A stretch of 64,000 nt of DNA from the human T2T-CHM13v2.0 reference genome, Homo sapiens, in assembly GCF_009914755.1 (NCBI RefSeq), contig NC_060929.1; one strand, given 5' to 3'. The notes below the pieces were generated by a model that searched no databases, was not told the DNA's origin, and saw only the letters and a list, made by a program, of their open reading frames with translations. The position numbers were made by a program, and so were the translations under genes. Within the stretch, counting starts at the first letter, position 1. Every line of letters begins with the position of its first letter. Shown here piece after piece: positions 14,110-26,559 of this stretch.

Positions 14110-14790
14110 TTGTATTTTCATTTTGAAACTGCTTCAGATTATTTTGCACAAGAGGTTGCAAAAATAGCACAGAGTTCATGTTTGCCCAAGAGTAATATCT
14201 TCCATAATCATAGGACATTGCCAATACTGGGAAAGAGATATGAGTATAATACCATTACCTCAGCTACATAGCTTATTTGGATTACACATTTTGGGAGGAG
14301 TAGGATGGATTTGTGGGCTATCAATTTCCATGAAGTTTTATTTCTGAGTATATTTGAATAACCATCACCATAAATAGGATACACAACTGTTATATCCCCG
14401 CAGAGAAATTTCCTCATGTAATATCCTCCTTCAAGCCTAAACCGCAGCATCCTCACAAAGAAATCTCCTCATCCCTCCTTCAAACCTAAAGCCTGGCAAA
14501 CACCTATATATCATTATTGTAATTTTGTGTCTTCAAAAACATAATATAAATACAATAATTCAGCATGTAACCCTTTGAGATTGGGTTTTTTACTCAGGAA
14601 AATGTCTTTGGGATTCATACATCCTTTTTGTTACTGAGTAGTAGTCCAGCATATGGCTGTAGCATTCCAACATAATAATATGCTAATCCATTTACCACTA
14701 AAGGATATCTGGGTTGTTTCTGTTTTGGATATTATGCAAAAAGCCACTATGAACATTTATCTACTGATTTTTGTATGAATATTTCTCCAG
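14110..14790 (-). mobile_element. L1MB/MC 3'-end fragment
   Basis: Motifs gaggttgcaaaaatagcacagag, cagcatgtaaccctttgagattgg and aaggatatctgggttgtttc. Confidence 0.65.
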
Positions 14791-15968
14791 TATTTTTACC
14801 TGTTTCTCAGTTTTGTTTCATTTATTCAAGTTTGTAATCAAAGGAGAAGTCCTTAATTGGACATTGCTTGATTTTACTTTCCATATTAACACCCCCACTT
14901 CAGTAATTCCATACCATTTTACTGATTTTGAATATTTTTCGTAGTATAAATATGTGTTTGTATATAAGTATACATACACACACACCCTATTTACTCTATA
15001 TACAATTTTGCAAGACTTCCATTATAAATTAACTCCTTATGGGAACGGACTTGTTTATCTTACTAATCTCTGATATCCTGACACCTAGAGCAACATGTAA
15101 TATACATTATTACCCTAACTGCTAAATGCTACATGTTAAAAAACAAACTACTTATATTTCTTGTTCTTTTGATCCACATTTCCAACTTACCTTCACATAT
15201 TCCAGTATTAACCTCCGTTTCCCACTGAGCCCTTGATCTTAGAATCTCATGTTTAATATCAGAATGCTTGCTGTCCTTCAGTGCAGATAGCGAAAGTTAC
15301 TATAATGCTTCCTTCATATGCAAAGCATATGTCTATTGCATTTCTGTGTAATTCTCAACTTTAATTCTTAAATAAACATCATCAATGCACTTGAGGAGTG
15401 ACAGTGTTGTCCTCAACTTCTCAACTGTATAATGTAATTTTGGTGAAATGTTTTTCCTGTCAACATGTTAGCTTACCACTGCTTATGCAACCAGCTGTTT
15501 TATTTTGAAGAGTGTTATGAATAAATAATAGAAGTAATGTAGAAGTTTAGAAATATATGCATGAAAAAATAAATCATTTCCCTACAATATAAAGCATATT
15601 TATAAGACTACAACTTCATATGATGTTATAAAGGGCAGGCAGTAAATAATAGGAGATAGTCTAGATGCATGTACAAATTCATTCATTCTGAAATGGCCAT
15701 CACTAGTTTTAGTTAAACTGTGGGTATGCTAATTGTGAGCAAAAGTCATAAACACTGAGGTGATGCTGACATCTCAGCTTGTTCATTTTCTCTATGACAT
15801 TAAGAACAGAATGTTTTGGTTCAGTAGTTTACTTGGACAGAGTATGGTGCTAATAATTCACAGGACAGTTTTTATTTTAACCACTTAAAAATCATACATA
15901 TTACCTGATAGAGACAGACAAAAAGCTGCATCCTGAGCCATGTATAAATATTTTTACCTTTAAAAATA

Positions 15969-16333
15969 CAAATGCTCCTTGACTTACAATGGGGTTACAT
16001 CCCAATAAACTTATCTTAAGTTTAAAATATTATAATTCAGACATGTATTTATACAAATAACCTACTGAGCATCATAGCTTAGCTTAGCCTACCTTAAATA
16101 TGCTCATAATACTAACATTAGCCTACAAAATGTTAAGCTAGATAAGAAAAATTATCTAACATAAAGCTTATTTATAAAGTATTGAAAATCTCATGAAATT
16201 TATTTAATATTTTACTGAAAGTGAAAACAGAATGGTTATAGAGGTACTTGTATGGTTTCTACTGAATGTGGTTTTTGCACCATTGTCAGGTAGAAAAATA
16301 GTAAGTTGAACTATCATAAGTTGGGACCATCTT
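15969..16333 (+). mobile_element. MER47A (Tigger-family TcMar non-autonomous DNA transposon)
   Basis: Ends caaatgctccttgacttacaatgggg ... cataagttgggaccatct are inverted repeats; TA precedes the left end; interior matches recalled MER47A. Confidence 0.88.
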
Positions 16334-17244
16334 CATATAAATTCAATAATTGAAAGTTATCAAACACACACACAATGTAAGAGGGGTATGGTTTTCAAAT
16401 TCTAAGATGGGAAACGTACAAACTCCCCCTTCTGATTATTTCCTAAGTAATTTATTCTTCTGAAAAATTTACAAAGTATTTTAGAATTTCAAATAGATGT
16501 TCTTTCTATAAGTACCTTAAGATCAACAAATCGAAATAGTTATAATTTATGTATTTACGTCATGGGATACTTGGGGTGTTGCTTTGCCAGCCAGAAACCT
16601 CTGCGGTCAGTGGCACCTTTGCCTGAGTTTTGCTTGGCCCCGCGGGGCTTGGTCCACCCACTTGGCCTGGCAGGTCGCACTTGGCTTGCGCTACTGGCCT
16701 GAATCCAATGCCCACCAAAGGTGAGCCAGGCACAGAGTGGCGAAGGGTGTATGAGCGAGCGCAGGGTCTGGCCACTGCGCACATCCAGGCATGCCTGCTG
16801 CAGTGGGGTGGAAGCTCCAGGTGCAGGCATGGGCACCAGCTCCCTGCAAGGTTGCTGCTGGACCAGCCGTACCTCAAACACCTTTCACAGTTGGCACCAG
16901 AGAATGCAGTGGCGCCAAAACCTTGGAATCACCAGTAACCACAGAACCCCAAAGAGGGTTTCACAGCCCTGGTGAGAGGTGACAGCGTGCTGGCAGTCCT
17001 CACAGCCCTCGCTCGCTCTTGGCGCCTCTTCTGCTTGGGCTCCCACTTTGGCGGCACTTGAGGAGCCCTTCACCCCACCACTGCACTGTGGGAGCCCCTT
17101 TCTGGGCTGGCCAAGGCCAGAGCCGGCTCCCTCAGCTTGCAGGGAGGTGTGGAGGTAGAGACGTGAGCGGGAACCGGGGCCGCGCGCGGCGCTTGCGGGC
17201 CAGCTGGAGTTCCGGGTGGGCGTGGGCTTGGAGGGCCCCGCACT

Positions 17245-17296
17245 CGGAGCAGCCGGCGGGAGTAGCCGGCGGGAGCAGCCGGCGGGAGCAGCCGGC
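17245..17296 (+). repeat. 13-bp tandem repeat (gggagcagccggc) x4 inside LTR12C
   Basis: cggagcagccggc/gggagtagccggc/gggagcagccggc/gggagcagccggc. Confidence 0.95.
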
Positions 17297-17689
17297 CGGC
17301 TCTGCCGGCCCGGGGCAATGAGGGGCTTAGCACCCGGGCCAGCGGCTGCGGAGGGTGTACTGGGTCCCCCAGCAGTGCCAGCCCACCAGCGCTGCGCTCG
17401 ATTTCTCACCAGGTCTTAGCTGCCTTCCCGGGGGGCAGGGCTCGGGACCTGCAGCCAGCCATGCCTGAGCCTCCCACCCCCTCCATGGGCTCCTGTGTGG
17501 CCCAAGCCTCCCCAGTGAGAGCAGCCCCCTGCTCCATGGCGCCCAGTCCCATCGACCACCCAAGGTCTGAGGAGTGCGGGTGCCCAGTGTGGGACTGGCA
17601 GGCAGCTCCACCTGCAGCCCCGGTGCGGGATCCACTGGGTGAAGCCAGCTAAGCTCCTGAGTCTGGTGGGGCCTTGGAGAACCTTTATG

Positions 17690-18030
17690 TCTAGCTCCGG
17701 GATTGTAAATACACCAATCGGCACTCTGTATCTAGCTCAAGGTTTGTAAACACACCAATCAGCACCCTGCGTCTAGCTCAGGGTTTGTGAATGCACCAAT
17801 CCACACTCTGTATCTAGCTACTCTGGTGGGGCCTTGGAGAACCTTTGTGTCCACACTCTGTATCTAGCTAATCTTGTGGGGACGTGGAGAACTTTAGTGT
17901 CTAGCTCAGGGGTTGTAAACGCACCAATCAGCACTCTGTCAAAACAGACCGCTGGGCTCTACCAATCAGCAGGATGTGGGGGCCAGATAAAAGAATAAAA
18001 GCAGGCTGCCCCAGCCAGCAGTGGCAACCC
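17690..18030 (+). promoter_or_regulatory. LTR12C U3 enhancer/promoter: five CCAAT (NF-Y) boxes, GATA site, AATAAA-type TATA box
   Basis: ccaat at 17714, 17755, 17796, 17924 and 17962; agataa 17985-17990; aataaa 17994-17999; known ERV9 LTR promoter layout. Activity at this copy is not shown. Confidence 0.75.
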
Positions 18031-19506
18031 GCTCGGGTCTCCTTCCACCCTGTGGAAGCTTTGTTCTTTCCCTGTTTGCAACAAATCTTGCTACTGCTCA
18101 CTCTTTGGGTCCACACTGCTTTTATGAGCAGTAACACTCACCGCGAAGGTCTGCAGCTTCACTCCTGAGCCAGCGAGACCACGAACCCACCAGAAGGAAG
18201 AAACTCCGAACACATCCGAGCATCAGAAGGAACAAACTCCAGACACACCACCTTAAGAGCTGTAACACTCACCGCGAGGGTCTGCGGTTTCATTCTTGAG
18301 GTCAGTGAGACCAAGAACCCACCAATTCCGGAAGCACTGGCTTGGGGATTTCCCAGGTCTGAGCTCCCTGTAGGGCTGCAGCTCTTCTTTCCTTCTCTCT
18401 TCTCTCCTTCTTGTCACCCACAACGTGGCAAGCAAGGGGCATGTTTCAGCCCTGTTTGTGTCTCATTTCTCTTAACCCTGCCAGTAGGCAGTGCCGGAGT
18501 TCTTGTCCTGCACCCAGGAAGAATGAAGTACGCAGACAAGTGGAGGGTGAGCAAGGCAATGAGGAGTTTTATTGAGCAGCTCAGAGGAGACCCACAATGC
18601 ATAGCTCCTCTTTGCTGTCAGGGTGACCCAAAGAATGTTCAACTCTGAGCAAAGAAGAGACCCTGGAGTGGGTGGTTCATCTCCACAGCTTGCCATCCTG
18701 TCATGTCCTCAAGTATGGCTCAGTTCAGGGCTTTTATGGACCTCAGAGGGGAGGAAGTGCATGCCGATTGGTCCATGGGTGGCCATGGTGGGCCCTGAAA
18801 AAGCCCCACAAGTCCCCATTCTAGTCCGCAGGACCCGCAGCCTGCCCTGGGATTCAAGTCCTCCCAGCTTGAAGGTGGAGCTTTATTAGGGACACGTCCC
18901 CTTCCACCTAGGAGCCTGTCTGTCTCTTGCCGCTGTTCATGGAGCCCAGGCTGTTTACGTGAAGCGGCACCTGCAGTACAGCACTGAGCTGCCCTTCACC
19001 TCCCCTCAGCTTCCCTCACATGCTCATCAGCACCCAAAGTCCGGCGGGGGCGACATAGCGGGGAGCTTGCGTGTCAGCGCTACCCCAAACATGTGTACAC
19101 CCGGCCAGGCTGTGAAAACACCTGGATTCAGGACCAACCTCCCTTCAAGATTGGTGCCAGGAGCTGGAAGAAGTCAGGCAATGGGAGCAGACATCTCTGA
19201 GCCTGAAAGTGGGGCAGGGTACAGAGATGCCCGGGTCCGCAGCCGTGGCTCTATAGCTGTACCCAGGAGGGTGAGGCTACCGCTTGATATCAGCTCCCGC
19301 CCGCTCCATGGAGCATGCAGCCCAGCCACACCTACCCCACTGCAGCTGGTGTCTTGGCAGCAGCCACTGCTCATTGCTGCCATCATTTACATTATAGCAA
19401 ATCACTTAATAAACATTTACTAAGTGGTATCTATATGCTAAACATTATCCTTTGTTGTTGTAGATTTATCAGAACAGATATTATCCTTAAAAACTTAACA
19501 TGTATA

Positions 19507-19815
19507 GGCCAAGCGCGGCGGCTCACGCCTGTAATCCCAGCACTTTGGGAGGCTGAGGCAGGCGGATCACAAGGTCATGAGATTGAGACCATCATGTCTA
19601 ATACGGTGAAACCCCGTCTCTACTAAAAATACAAAAAATTAGTCGGGTGTGGTGGCAGGTGCCTGTAGTCCAGCTACTCAGGAGGCTGAGGCAGGAGAAT
19701 GGCGTGAACCAGGGAGGTGGAGCTAGCAGTGAGCCGAGATCATGCCACTGCACTCCAGCCTGGGCGACATAGCGAGACTTGGTCTCCAAAAAAAAAAAAG
19801 AGAAAAAAAAGAAGA
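19507..19815 (+). mobile_element. AluY
   Basis: Y-type positions (taatacggtgaaacc, aatggcgtgaac, gagctagcagtgag); TSD aaaacttaacatgtata / aaaaccttacatgtata. Confidence 0.93.
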
Positions 19816-20317
19816 AAACCTTACATGTATATACACAATTCACATTCACATGCATTGGTACACACATGCACGTGCTCGTGCACACGCACGCACACAATGT
19901 AGAGGAGTCAAAAGAGAATGAGAAGAAAATTCCACCGTAAAAAAATGTGAAAATAATCCGAGAATGAAAACTGATAATGTCTATTGAATTTAGCAACATG
20001 AAAGTCAATGATAACCTTAGGGATAAAAATGTAGGTTTATTGATGTGTTGTAAGTGTTATGAAAGGAAGATCATGAGTATAGAACTTAAGAGGAAAGAAA
20101 TGGGCTAGTAACAGGAGAAAAAAGTGTGAGATATAAACAGACACTGTTATTGTGTTTGTATGTTTTCATATGTTTTGCTTTTTATTTTATCAGGAAAGAC
20201 TAGAGTACACTTCAATATGTGGATGTAGTTAAATTGTAAAAATAAGGCACTGAAAATACATTTGAGATAGGATACGATATGTGCCTGGCTCCATATTCTC
20301 TCTCTTTCTCTCTCCTC

Positions 20318-20587
20318 CTTTTTTTTTCTTTTTTAAAATTTGAGACAGAATGTTACTCTGGAATAAGTGGAGTGCAGGCTGGAGTGCAGTGGTGTGAACA
20401 CAGTTCACTCCAGCATTGACCTCCCATGTTCAAATGATCCTCCCATCTCGGCCTCCCAAGTAGCTGAAACCATAGCTGTATGCTGCCACTCCTGCCTAAT
20501 TTATTTTTTACTTTTGTAGAGATGGGGTATTGCTATGTTGCCCAGGCTTGTCTTGAACTTCTGTGCTCCAGTGACCAGCCTCAGCCA
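20318..20587 (-). mobile_element. AluJ (5'-degraded)
   Basis: Antisense Alu with J-type gatcctcccatctcggcctcccaagtagctg and ttgctatgttgcccagg. Confidence 0.88.
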
Positions 20588-21221
20588 TAACATCTTTTCC
20601 TAATGAAATCCATGGTCTCCCACTTAATTAGTGCATTGAGGAAAAAGCTTACAAAATTATTTGTTTTCGCAGAGAAGTTCCTCCTCCATTCTTCATTCTA
20701 CTCTCAATTGTCATAATGGAATTTACTGTAAGTAAGAAATACTAGATTATTGTGAACAGAAATAACCCACTTCAAATTTCCTATTTTGTAAAGGCAATAA
20801 GATAAAAATATAGAATTCACTAATGCTAACTTAATTATTGATTGATGAATTGCATCCATGTATGTTACGATCTAAATGTTGAGAACTGTGAAAAAGAACG
20901 AAGATTTCTAAAGAATAAACTTCTGATGTGAGATAGTGAAGGTATCAGAGGAAAATGAAATATGACATCATGAAGCAAAGACAAATTATTCCTGGAAACT
21001 AGCAAAATAAGATATGCCGTAGCCCTGAAAGTAAATAGCTGAATCTCTGATCTTGGAAGTAAAAGAAAGAGGCAATGCTTAAAATTTGATTATTGACTTA
21101 TACTCAGATTACCTAATTTAATGGGACTGAATCCTTAATTGATTATGCTATTTCAGTACCTACTCTAAATGATAAAACTCTTCACCTTCCCTCACTTTAT
21201 ACTCAGTTTATTATGTTATTA

Positions 21222-22300
21222 AATTATTCAACATATTTACTAGGTATCTAACTTGTATTACTCTGCAAAGGCCTACAGATAATAAATATGGTTCCCTTTG
21301 TGAGGGCATTTAATACTTGGCAAGAAACATGCATATATGCTATAAGCTGCAATAAAACTTGCTACGTGTTATTGCAGATCTTACTTACATAAATGTGCAT
21401 GGGAACAAAGAGAACCGGCAATTATATACCTAGGGAGTTGGGGGATGATTTATTGAGAAGGTGGCATGTAGAGGTTTCCTGAGAAGTAAGTAAGAAAATC
21501 TTCACGTCCATTAAGAATGAGGGAGATTGATTTTTCTAGGGAGAAGAAGTAGTTAATTCAATAGCATGGAACACGAATTGGGCAAGGAGAAGCAAGGATG
21601 ATAAGTCATCTTCTGTTGTGCATTTTAAGTGCTCACTAGAGGAATTGGCATGTAACATAATAAACTATCACATGGTAAAAACATGCATAATATGCTCAAA
21701 TCACTCATATATTTATGTTCTCAAGTAGAATATGCGTTTCTAAATTGTGCCCCTTTTTATTGTGGGAATCATCCATTATGTATCAATAGTGTCATTAGTG
21801 CTTCCTTCTAAGGATATTTTAACCATCATATTATAGCTAGTCTACTAAAGAGGCCAGAGCATTCTCACGAGTCTTGTAAGTTTTTAAGAGAAATAAATAA
21901 ATTGAGCCTGAACAATGAATCTAAAAATGAAATATGTTCCTGCTAGAAATGGATAACTTCATATCATCATTCATCTGTTCATTATTTCATATTTATTCCT
22001 TTTATTTAGTCATGTCTTCAGTGCATGATTTTTTTTTAAAGTTTTCTATCTGCCAATGTATTATGCTACAGTCTGTGAATAAAACAATTAACGAAACAGA
22101 CTTAGTCCCTACCTCACAAGGTTTATATTTGAAAGGAGGTAGTGAATATGCATTCAGTCAACCTTGACAAAATTAATTATTCAATTAAAATTGTGTTGAA
22201 TGCTACAAAGGAGAAGTGCATGTTGTTTTAGGAAAGCATAAGTGGAACTAAACTTGCTAAACAGTCAGGGAATTTTTTTTCCCTCAGGAAGATAAAACAG
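21222..22300 (-). mobile_element. Two L2 3'-end fragments (~21222-21580 and ~21965-22300)
   Basis: attcaacatatttactagg and aaacagacttagtccctacctcacaagg, typical antisense L2 tails. Confidence 0.55.
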
Positions 22301-25025
22301 AGATTGGAATTACTGTGAGAGAATACAGTTCCTTCTGCAGCTGATGTTATTAATATTATTTCAAATTAATTATCGGAGCATTTTATCTTCCATATGCCTG
22401 ATCGCTATTCACTTTAGCTATGTTTAGTCATCAATTTCCAACACTTTAAAAAGTAACTGTAGTCGTAGTTTGAGATTCACTACCACTCCCTCCTCTTGCC
22501 TGACATCTAGTGGAAGAGAGAATCAGTGGGAAAATCACCCAGAGGAATTAAAAATAGAGACCAAGCAGTAAAGAAAAATAGCAAAGGAAATATCCTCTTG
22601 AATCACTATATTTTAAGAATGGGTGATAGTATACACATTTCATTGTTATACAACTATTATATGTGCTTTAACTATATATTCAATCCTAATTTTAATATAT
22701 TTTTCTATAAAATTCCCGAGTAATTGGCTAACAATACTATTCACTGATATTGCATCACTGGCAGAAAAGTAGCTTTCTCCTCATTAAGGCTTTCTTCTTT
22801 CACTAATCTTGAAACATAAGATGCATATATGCAGAATATGCACTCAAATTAGCTCATTCCAGCTTTCCCTAGAATGTGAGTACACTCTTTAATGATGTTT
22901 AAATTTTCTATAAAGTCCAATTTTCAAACTCATACAAATGAGAGTAAATTAGTACATGGGTTTCCAGGTTATGAAGACAGCACTTTGATTCAAACACTAA
23001 CCAATACACATGCCTTTTACATCACATTACACAACATATCATTGTAGATAAAGTAAAGTAGTAATTGTGAATAGCCTTAAATAATATACTAAAAATTGCT
23101 CAGTTCAGTTAAGATTTAATTCCAGGAAAACAGAAGTAGTAGATGACTTTCATAGTTTAATTACCAATAGCTCTATTTGCTCTGAACAGTCCATTATTTT
23201 GTGTGTGTGCATTTGTGTGTGCATGTGTGTGTGTTTGTGTCTGTGTGTGAGCATGATGGTGTATCTTTTATATAGTTTTCAAGTTTCTCTCGTAAAACTA
23301 ATACTATAAGAGGTTATTTCATTTTTCTACACAATGAGGTAAAAATAAAACTCAAAAAGATTGAGATATGAATATATGATTATCTTCCTTAGGCAGGCTC
23401 ACAGTGATTAGTAAAATAGCAAATATATTTCCTTTGGGAAGTTTAAAAGTACATCTTTAATCTCCTTTCCACTTTATATTTTATTTTCTCTGACTTCAGT
23501 TCTTTAGAAAATTTTCCTCCTTTTGCCTTTTTTGAAGGTATGCTTTATTGTTTTCTACTGTTTGTGTTTATTTTGACATTTTTAATGTTATTGTTTGTTG
23601 CTTTTTGAAAAAGAAACTCTAAAAATGTTCTGAATGGCACTGTGTAATGATCACAAGAAAACTGTAGTAAAATTCATATTTCAACAAGGATAATGGGTCA
23701 AGTAGGTTATGGTATATTAAGAGATTTTCTATAAATGGTAATTTTGTTTAACTTAAAAAGAAAGCATTTTTACAAACCAATGAAATATCTGAAAAGAAGC
23801 ATAAAGATAATAAAACTGGTAGTATAAGAAAAAGAAATGAAAAAAGAGAGTTGAGGGTTATTGAAAACAAATTTAATTGCCAATTATAACAGTAGACTAT
23901 ATCTTTAGGCTAAATAAGCAAATCCATTATGGAATATAATATAAAAGCAGATATAATTCTAACATTGTAGATATCTAACATGCAATCAAAATTTGATTAC
24001 CCCAATAGGGAATAATAATAACTAATTGTCATCAACACAGAGGAAATTAGCAAATTGTGATCAAATGCCTGTGAACCCATATGTTACTTAGGGGAAAAGA
24101 AAATGATCGAGCCGTTGGAAAATGAATATACTTTAAAAAATACCCTTTAACTTAAAAAAAATAGGTATTGAAAAATTGAGCTAAAAGCAGAATTCTTTTA
24201 GTCTTTTGGAAACCTAGAGGCATATGATAATTTTTAGAAAGTAATTTAAGTTATTGAATACTTTTCAAAAAATAATAGTTTCCAAATTGCACACATGAGC
24301 TACTTTGAGGGTCCTGATCCTGTTTATAGCCAAAACATAGAACTATAGTATATCAGAAGTTGAAACAGCTTTTGAACATGTAATGGAGCTTTTCAAGAAT
24401 GTGCTACATTGATGATTATTCCATGACAAAAAATAATTTATTAATTCAAATACTCATGTATTATACATTTGCCATAGAAAGCCGTGCTTACATGTGAATA
24501 ATATAATCTTGATCCCATGTGAAGCCATGCAAAAGTTTTCTTGAATATCATTTCAATATAAAAAGTCCTAAGCTCTCTCCTAAAATGAGAAAACAGGTAA
24601 CCTAGCCTCGACTGGTCTGACATTTAGCAAAGAAAGCACAAAGCACACACATTTTAGGCAATGTTTGTGGAATGCTGGAACAGAAACACATCCAGGTGAA
24701 ATTGAAGAGAAACGATGGAAAATTCTTGAAGATATAGAGTGGTAAAGGAAATTTGTCGCTATACCCCTCCAAAGGTGTTTCCTCTAACATCTTATACACA
24801 GCATCATTTACATATGAATCTCTGGATCAGGCCTCATACAGGCAGAGGAGGAGCATGGCAGTTTCAGAAGAATCGCTCTGGTCAATGTCCCATGTTCGGG
24901 TCTAAGCTGCTTAGATGCAATTGCATGCTCTTATGACTTATCATCATGACTCTGAGATCCATCCAGGTCATGCACAAAATCACTAAAAACCTTCAATTTA
25001 ATATATATAATAGTGTTACCTTTGA

Positions 25026-25312
25026 TTTTTTTTTTTAAACAGTCTCGCTTTGTCGCCCATTGCGGAGTGCAGTGGCGTGATCTCAGCTCTGCAACATCCA
25101 CCTCCTGGGTTCATGCAAATCTTCTGCCTCAGCCTCCCTGGTAGCTGGGATTACAGGCGTGTGCTACCACACCCAGCTAATTTTTGTATTTTTTGTAGAG
25201 ATGGGTTTCACCATGTCGTCCAGGCTGGTCTCGAACCCCTGACCTTAAGTAATCCACCTGGCTCAGCCTCACAAAGTACTGGGATTACAGGCATGAGCCA
25301 CCGAACCCAGCC
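25026..25312 (-). mobile_element. AluS (Sx/Sz-like)
   Basis: Complete antisense Alu dimer. Confidence 0.93.
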
Positions 25313-25707
25313 CTGAAATGTGTTTGTTACTTCATTCATTCATTATCTATTATCAATTCACCACCGCACATTGAAAATATTTTAAATTATTCATCATTTT
25401 TAAAAGGGCAAATAAACAAACCTGTCTTTCATGTTATAAACTCTAAGTGCTTTTTAATTGCCTAACAGGATAATGGCCACTCTCTAGAGTATATTAATAA
25501 ATCACAATTAGAATTGCATGGTGGATAATATCATAATTGATCATTCCGTTTTGCACAACACCACTTCTTGGAAAAATGGAACTTTTTAGAAACTAACATT
25601 AATGCTTAGTTCAAATATCAAAAATAGAATACTAGAAGACTTTTCGTTAGAAAAAGTAACTTATTCACATATATTTGATCCTCAACTATACATGTGCTAA
25701 ATGTATC

Positions 25708-25709
25708 TG

Positions 25710-25775
<66 letters not shown>
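25708..25775. repeat. (TG)n(TA)n microsatellite next to an Alu tail
   Basis: Read directly from the sequence. Confidence 0.97.
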
Positions 25776-26078
25776 GTTTGTTTGTTTGTTTGTTTTTGAG
25801 ACGAAATCTCACTCTGTTACCCAGGCTGGAGTGCAATGGTGCGATCTTAGCTCACTGCAACATCCACCTCCTGGTTCAAGCTATTCTTGTGCCTCAGCCT
25901 CCTAAGGAGCTGGGATTACAGGTGCATGCCACCACGCCAGGCTAATTTTTGTATTGTTAGTAGAGATGGGGTTTCACCATGTTGGCCAGGCTGCTCTGGA
26001 ACTCCTGACCTCAGGAGATCCACCCACCTCTGCCCCCCAAAGTGCTGTGATTACAGGTGTGAGCCACAGTTCCCAGCC
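25776..26078 (-). mobile_element. AluSx-like
   Basis: Antisense Alu dimer with a (TTTG)n-converted tail. Confidence 0.93.
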
Positions 26079-26109
26079 ATCCTAATACATTTTTAAAGAA
26101 TAATAATAA

Positions 26110-26559
26110 GACAATGGGGTTTTCTAGATGTACAATCATGTCAACCCAAATGTCCAACAATGACAGACTGGATTAAGAAAATGTGGCACATATACACCAT
26201 GGAATATTATGCAGCCATAAAAAATGATGAGTTCATGTCGTTTGTAGGGACATGGATGAAATTGGAAATCATCATTCTCAGTAAACTATCGCAAGAACAA
26301 AAAACCAAACACCGAATATTCTCACTCATAGGTGGGAATTGAACAATGAGATCACATGGACACAGGAAGGGGAATATCACACTCTGGGGACTGTGGGGTG
26401 GGGGGAGGGGGGAGGGGGGAGGGATAGCATTGGGAGATATACCTAATGCTAGATGACGAGTTAGTGGGTGCAGCACACCAGCATGGCACATGTATACATA
26501 TGTAACTAACCTGCACAATGTGCACATGTACCCTAAAACATAAAGTATAATAAAAAAAA
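26110..26559 (+). mobile_element. 5'-truncated, 5'-inverted L1PA2-like insertion
   Basis: Young 3'UTR (gagatcacatgg, gatgacgagttagtggg, cacaatgtgcac); antisense L1 piece at 26110-26143; TSD aaagaataataataa at 26095-26109 and 26557-26571. Confidence 0.93.

Larger units (their letters stand above)
16973..18336 (+). mobile_element. LTR12C (HERV9) solo LTR
   Basis: Starts tgagaggtgacagcgtgctggcagtcctcacagccc and ends accaattccggaagca; 4-bp TSD ctgg at 16969-16972 and 18337-18340. Confidence 0.96.
16558..19385 (-). mobile_element. MER52 (ERV1) solo LTR split by an LTR12C insertion
   Basis: Minus strand starts tgatggcagc at 19385; + strand left end cgtcatgggatacttggggtgttgctttgccagcc; 4-bp TSD ttta at 16554-16557 and 19386-19389. 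Confidence 0.88.

Noticed and set aside
17660-17970. ~41-bp repeats with variable interiors resembling a CRISPR-like array
   Set aside because: These are the known ERV9/LTR12 U3 enhancer repeats (tctagct...ccaat); no unique spacers, no cas genes, and the DNA is eukaryotic.
16555-19423. Dense cluster of overlapping GC-rich ORFs (up to 174 aa)
   Set aside because: All lie within LTR12C/MER52; high GC suppresses stop codons, and the products are low-complexity with no recognisable domain.
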